Assembly (NCBI GenBank): GCA_035221665.1
Contig: CM069159.1
Coordinates: 36,208,001 to 36,272,000, forward strand
Reading direction: 5' to 3'
Length of the DNA: 64,000 bases
Source: Okamejei kenojei
Lineage: Eukaryota
The translations under genes were made by a program, and so were the position numbers. How positions within the stretch are numbered: the stretch's first letter is position 1; every line of letters begins with the position of its first letter. Positions 55,101 through 61,100 of this stretch are shown piece after piece. The notes under the pieces are model-generated. The model worked only from the letters and a program-made list of their open reading frames with translations. It did not search any database and had not been told where the DNA came from.

Positions 55101-58100
55101 TATATCAGAGTTTTCCCTCTCCTAGATGGACTGCCTTCCCAGGCTGACGAGCACCATCTTCCCGAGACTCGTGGGGGCGGGAGCATCTACCCTTCCGTGC
55201 AGGTCTAGAGTCATGCAGTTATAAGGAAGCTGAATGTATTCGACATGTGGATAAATTGACATTAGTAGTTTCAACAAACAATGGCTTGCAAGTGAAGAAA
55301 TGACAGAAAACATATAGATGGCAGTGAAAGTTTTTATATTTGGAGCATGTCACATCTAATGGCTTTTTAAAGCTTTTGAATGCCTTTGTAGGTTTTCAGA
55401 CCCATAATTGAAATGGAAATGGGGACAGTTTACTTGGTAAGCATTATGCTGAAAGCGATGAGGTTTGAAACATTTCTACGCATAAGGAGGAAGATAAATC
55501 TGCTAATTATGATTAATCACAGCTCTTGAACGTGTTTATATACACAATTTAGAACATACAGATACATTTTACCAATTTTGTATAAAACATTAAACTACAA
55601 AGGAGTGCAATCACAGTTTTTGCATATTTCAAATATTTTATAAAATAAATTTTAATTACGGTGTCTCCTATCTGAATATCGTTGCACTATTCTGCAGGAA
55701 AATCCCCTACACAAACAGTAATTAACCTAAGAGTTAAGGTCCGTACGCAATTAAACCCAACTTCTGTTTGCTTCTGGAAGTTATTATGAAATGTTGTTAC
55801 CTCACTCAAGAAATATTAAGCCTGGATGGTCAAGCAGTATTAATAGTATAACAATGTGAGCTGCCTTCTTCACAATTGAACCAATCACCTTAAGCCAGGG
55901 GTTCCCAACCTTATTTGTCCCGTTTACCCCTGGCAACTTTAATAGCACATAACAATGTTATTCCACTTATTTATGAACAGCTAATGATGAACAGATACCG
56001 GTATACCAGAACCAAACAGTCAGTCAATGAGAAACAATGTACAAATCCAGAATCAACAAATTTACCCCCTGGGTAGGCGAAATTTCCCAGGTAATGTTTC
56101 TACATGGTGAAACCAAAATGTATAAAAATGGCCTTTATTAAAATCTGACAATGTGCACTTTAACCACATGTGATTTTTTTTTTCTCTTACAAATCTCATA
56201 TTGTGGAGTACAGAGGCAAATAAATAAATAAATGATGGGTCTTTGTCCCAGACATTATGGAGGGCACTATATGTGTGTAACAAATTAATGATTGTACTTT
56301 TCCACAGGCATTATCCGAATCTGCTGAGTTTTTTTTTGCAGCATGTTTTTGTTCAGTTCTAGTGAATAGGCTATTTGCTTGGTTTATTTATACATAATTG
56401 CTTGGCTCAAATTTAAGATTTGGGATGATAATTGAAAGGATAACTTTACAAATCACATGACCTCTTGGACAGCCTTCCATCTAACTTTACCTGTGTTTGC
56501 ACCTTCAATAGCAAATGGAACGATTCTTCCCATGGTTTAGTGTGAAGGAGTCCAAGTTCTGGGAGCCCAATAAGGTCACTCCAAAGTGAGTATTATTGGC
56601 CATTTTGTAAAATAAGGTAGTATGTTTCTTGTGTTAATTTTGGTTTGTGACATTAAAGCCTGAAGCTGTGAAACTACCCAGTCTCTGAAATGTTGAGCTT
56701 TTCATTATTCCTGCCGGTGGAGACTGACTACAATGTGCACAAGCAAGGATGCATCAGACATTTATATTATGACCACATTTGAACTTCCAATACCATTCTG
56801 TCAACCTTTACCCCCCCCCCCCCCCCCCTGCAATCAATTACATACATTTGAGATTTGCATTCTTATTTGGGACAAGAATGACAATTTGAATTAATTATTG
56901 ATCAGTACAATCAAAACTTGATTTGGGGATTTAGAAATGTAAAGCCACGAGCATCTTAATTTAACAGCAATATGGGTCTGAATCAAAAAGATAGAAGTTC
57001 ATGATGTGGAGGATGGGTTGGGAAACGACTCATGGCTACGCAGATTACTTTCATGCATCATCTGTTTTTGAGGTGCTTTTTTGTAATTAGGGTCTGGGGG
57101 TGAGGTGGTTTGAAGATAACAACTAGACAGTTTTGGAAGATGTTGGGCAGAAGGGGGAGATTGCACCTTAGAGAGAAGGTGGTGGAAGTACATGGTGATA
57201 GCAGCATTTAAGAAGCATTTGGACAGATGCATAGATGGGGAATAGAGAGTCACAAGCCATGTACAGGCTTATGTCGATTAGTGAGGTTGGCATCATGGTC
57301 AGCACAGCCATGGTGGGCCAAAGGGTCAGACGCTGTGCAGTTCTATTTTTTATTGGTACCAATTAGGGACAGGATGGTAGACTTAATAGTAATGGGACTT
57401 CAATTATTGACAGAAATGAAATTGTATTTCTTAACATGGAACAATATTGGAAAGTGGTATCGGAATTGAGGACAGGACGGTTGATTTGAATCTTCAGTGA
57501 GGTAGAAGGACTGGAATGATAATTGGAATTTTAGCCAGAGAGGAATGCATTTTTATATCCTACATTGGCACAGAAATAAAGAATGGCTTTTAGTCAGGGA
57601 CTGGCAGGATTGTAGATTAAAATGTGGAACTGGGTCAGGAATGCAGATTGAATGTTTCTGGCATTGACGGTAGGAAAACTGATTTCCCAGCATCTTTTTT
57701 TCTTGCTTCATTTTAGTGGTTCCTGTTCAGGATTACAAAATGCCTCAAAACAAGTTTTTAAAAAAAAATCAATATTGAGAATATGATTGAAAATTGTCAG
57801 GTGTATTACAGTCAGTCGCAGGATTTAAATCTGTATCAATGTATAGGATCATGTAAAATCCCCACTCTGTCAACAGAAGTTTGAAAACCAGTTCTGCTTG
57901 TCGTGTTTCAGCTTAATATTTCTATTTGATAAGATTCTATTGGCTTTCTGCTGATAGTTAGCATGCAACAACATGCTTTTCACTGTACCAATACACGTGA
58001 CAATAAAGTAAACTGAACTGAACTCTTGACTGGATTTTGGTTAATTGTCAGACAATTTAATGAAACATAATTGGCTTAGTAACAGCAGTATGACATTTGA

Positions 58101-61100
58101 CTTTGCAGTAGCTGAATACTGAACTACCTCCTTCAAGATAGTGTTAAGTCATTTTCATCCCATGTCCTAAACTGTATTGATTACTTGTGTGGTAGTTTCC
58201 TTTGTTTTTGGCCACTGAGCTAGGAGTGGAAATTACAAGTTTCTGCTCTTGCTGCAAATGCATTTGTGCAAAGGTCTGATAAGGATTGGAGTGAATTTAA
58301 TTGTAATGCCCAGGCAGCATTTGGCATTGTTTATGCTTGTGTCCTAATACAGGCTATTGCAATGGTACATGAATTTGCATTTAGTGGAAGTATATTGCAG
58401 AGATAAGTAACCAACTCATGTGAATTGAAGTGGAGAAAATTGGCCAAAAAAGGAGAGTACGGAGATGGGATATGGCCCATTCCGTTTGTATTATCATGAA
58501 CTTAATTTTTTCCCTGTGACTTTCACGTCCTATCTTTAAAATGTGGAGATAATTACCTGTATTTGGTGGTTTGTGGATGGGCCATCAGATCTTCCTAACA
58601 GACTGCTGTGCACACCATTAAAATACCATAAAATAGATTAAAGTGCTTGTGAGTTCAATAGAGCAAATTTTAAAGAGAAGATATTAATTGTTGAATCTAA
58701 TGTATTTCAGTAGTGGCATGCTTCCCAATGCCGTGTTGCCACCATCATCTGATCACAACTATGCTCAGTGGCAAGAGAGGGATGACTGCACATGTACTGA
58801 ACAGCCTGCGCTTACTAAGAAGATTATCCCAGCACCGCAGCCAAAAGGACCTGGAGATCCAGACTCGCCAGTTCCTCTCCCCGCGCCCCCGCTTGCAATA
58901 ACAGCAGGTATAACTCAAATCTTAATACCATGCTACATTTTTTCTTTGCATAGAGATATGAAACGGAGCATGGTGAATGGAGTTAAGATGGTTCAGGTGC
59001 AATTTTACTGGATGAAGAAAATAAAGGGGTTGAATGGGCTATTGTTATTGTTTAAATGAATTCCTGGCTGCAAAAGGAGCTTGGGGCCAGTGATTAGTCT
59101 CCTTGGTACTGGAGTTTGAATTACATGGCATTTCTCTTGTCTCTCTCACTCCAAGATCTGCTTGGTATAAAATTAAAATCTGTCCCAGCCACAGCCAATC
59201 TGAACCTGAGCCGAACCCAAGGACGTAGCATTGTCTGGGTAACTGAGCTAGACTCTGCTCACTACTTTTCTGAAGGTTTCAAACAGTCTTCAACAGACTG
59301 TTTAGTTGGCCGTTTGGGATGAGCTCGAGGTGTTTGTGTTGTCTCGTAGTTTATTTTGAAAGCATGCAATTCTAGTTTTGTAGTACGAGCTGCATATTGT
59401 AAATGACACGCTGGAGCATTTACTGTGCACGTTGGTCATCTAGTGGTCTGTAATGGTATTGTATTTTCAAAACAAGCTGTGAATGGAGATTTTCAAATTA
59501 CAGAAAAAGACTTATCTTTCAAATGCAAAATCTAGATTGAATGTCATCCTGCCATCAACGCCGAGATTTTTCTGCCTATTTGTTTTTAATGAGCATAGTA
59601 TATTAAAATTGTAATTTTCACATACAATCCTAAAACAAGGGTGCATCGAGGGAGAGGCTATTTAAGGAAATTGAACCTTGTGTCTTCAATGCATGTTGAA
59701 ACCACAGTCAATATGGTTAGTAAAACCAGATCCCAGTTTGCTTGCTCGTGGCTGTGACATAATTTACAACGGTGCTGCAGAAATTGATGCTTGCTGAGCC
59801 CTGGTTGTGCTCTGCTCTTATGTTAGTGTGATCACACTGATAATTGGTCAACAGATAAGTGAAATTGTAGTTGCCGTAATTGAAGACTAGATCGTTTCTG
59901 ATTAAGGTTGCTGGTTGTCCCCTTTTGTCCTGCAATTTGAAAGACGTTCTTCCATTCATCTTTTGGAAGAATCACAGTGTGGTGTAGGCAGGAGCACAGC
60001 CGATAAAGATGCTGGAACCCGTGATGCTATAATTACAAACTAGAAAGAATATTGGAGCTTGACTCCAATCGATTTTGTGCAGTGGAATCCACAGATATTA
60101 AATAGCAGCCCATTTGTCTTTCTGTGTGTGAAATTCGATTAAAACTGCAAATTACACTTAATTCAAAGTCTGGAACTAAATAAAAATCAAATCATAACAC
60201 AGCTCGTATTTATTTTGTGATTCTTTCATTTTATCTTCTTTCTGCATCCATTGACCCGCAAATGCCCATGAAATCTGAATGCAAAAAAATTGCTTTGCAA
60301 AAAGAGTGAGTCATTGAATATTTTTCTAAGAATGAGGTGAGTCCTGACCTCACTCCCCAAAGCCTTTCCACTGTTTACAAGGCTCAAGTCAGGAGCGTGA
60401 TGGAATACTCTCCACTTGCCTGGATGAATGAAGCTTAAGAAGCTCTACACCATGCAGGATGTAGCAGCCCTTGCGATTAGCACCCCATTCACACACTCCA
60501 TTGCCGATGCACGGTAGCAGCATTTGTACCATCTACAGAATGCACTACAGCAACTTGCCAAGACTCCATACATGGCACCTATCAAATCCACCAGGCCTTT
60601 CCCAGCTAGAAGGAAAAGAGCAAGAGACCCCTCCCACCCTAACCATGGACTGTTTGCCCTCCTACCTTCAGAGAAGCGGTACAGGAGCCTCAGGTCCCGC
60701 ACCAGTAGGATGAGGAACAGCTTCTACAACAACACCATCACACTGCTGAACTCGGAGTCCCGCCGATAGATTTCTCCAGTCTCTCCATCCACATTGTCTG
60801 CATTCTGTATCTATTTATATATTGCTATTACTACGAACTGACGCTAAACTGCATTTCGTTGTACCCATACTTGTATCTGTGCAATGACATTAAAGTTGAA
60901 TTGAGTTGAAAAAAATAGAACACCATCACCTGGACATTGCACTCCAAGCCAAACACAATTCTGGCTTGGAAATATATTGCTGTTCCTTCCCCAGTGCTGG
61001 GTCAAAATCCTGGAACACTCTCCCTAACAGTGTTGCAGGTATACCACACCTTGATGGATGCACTGTTCAAAAAGGCAGTTCATTAGGGATGGTCAATAAA

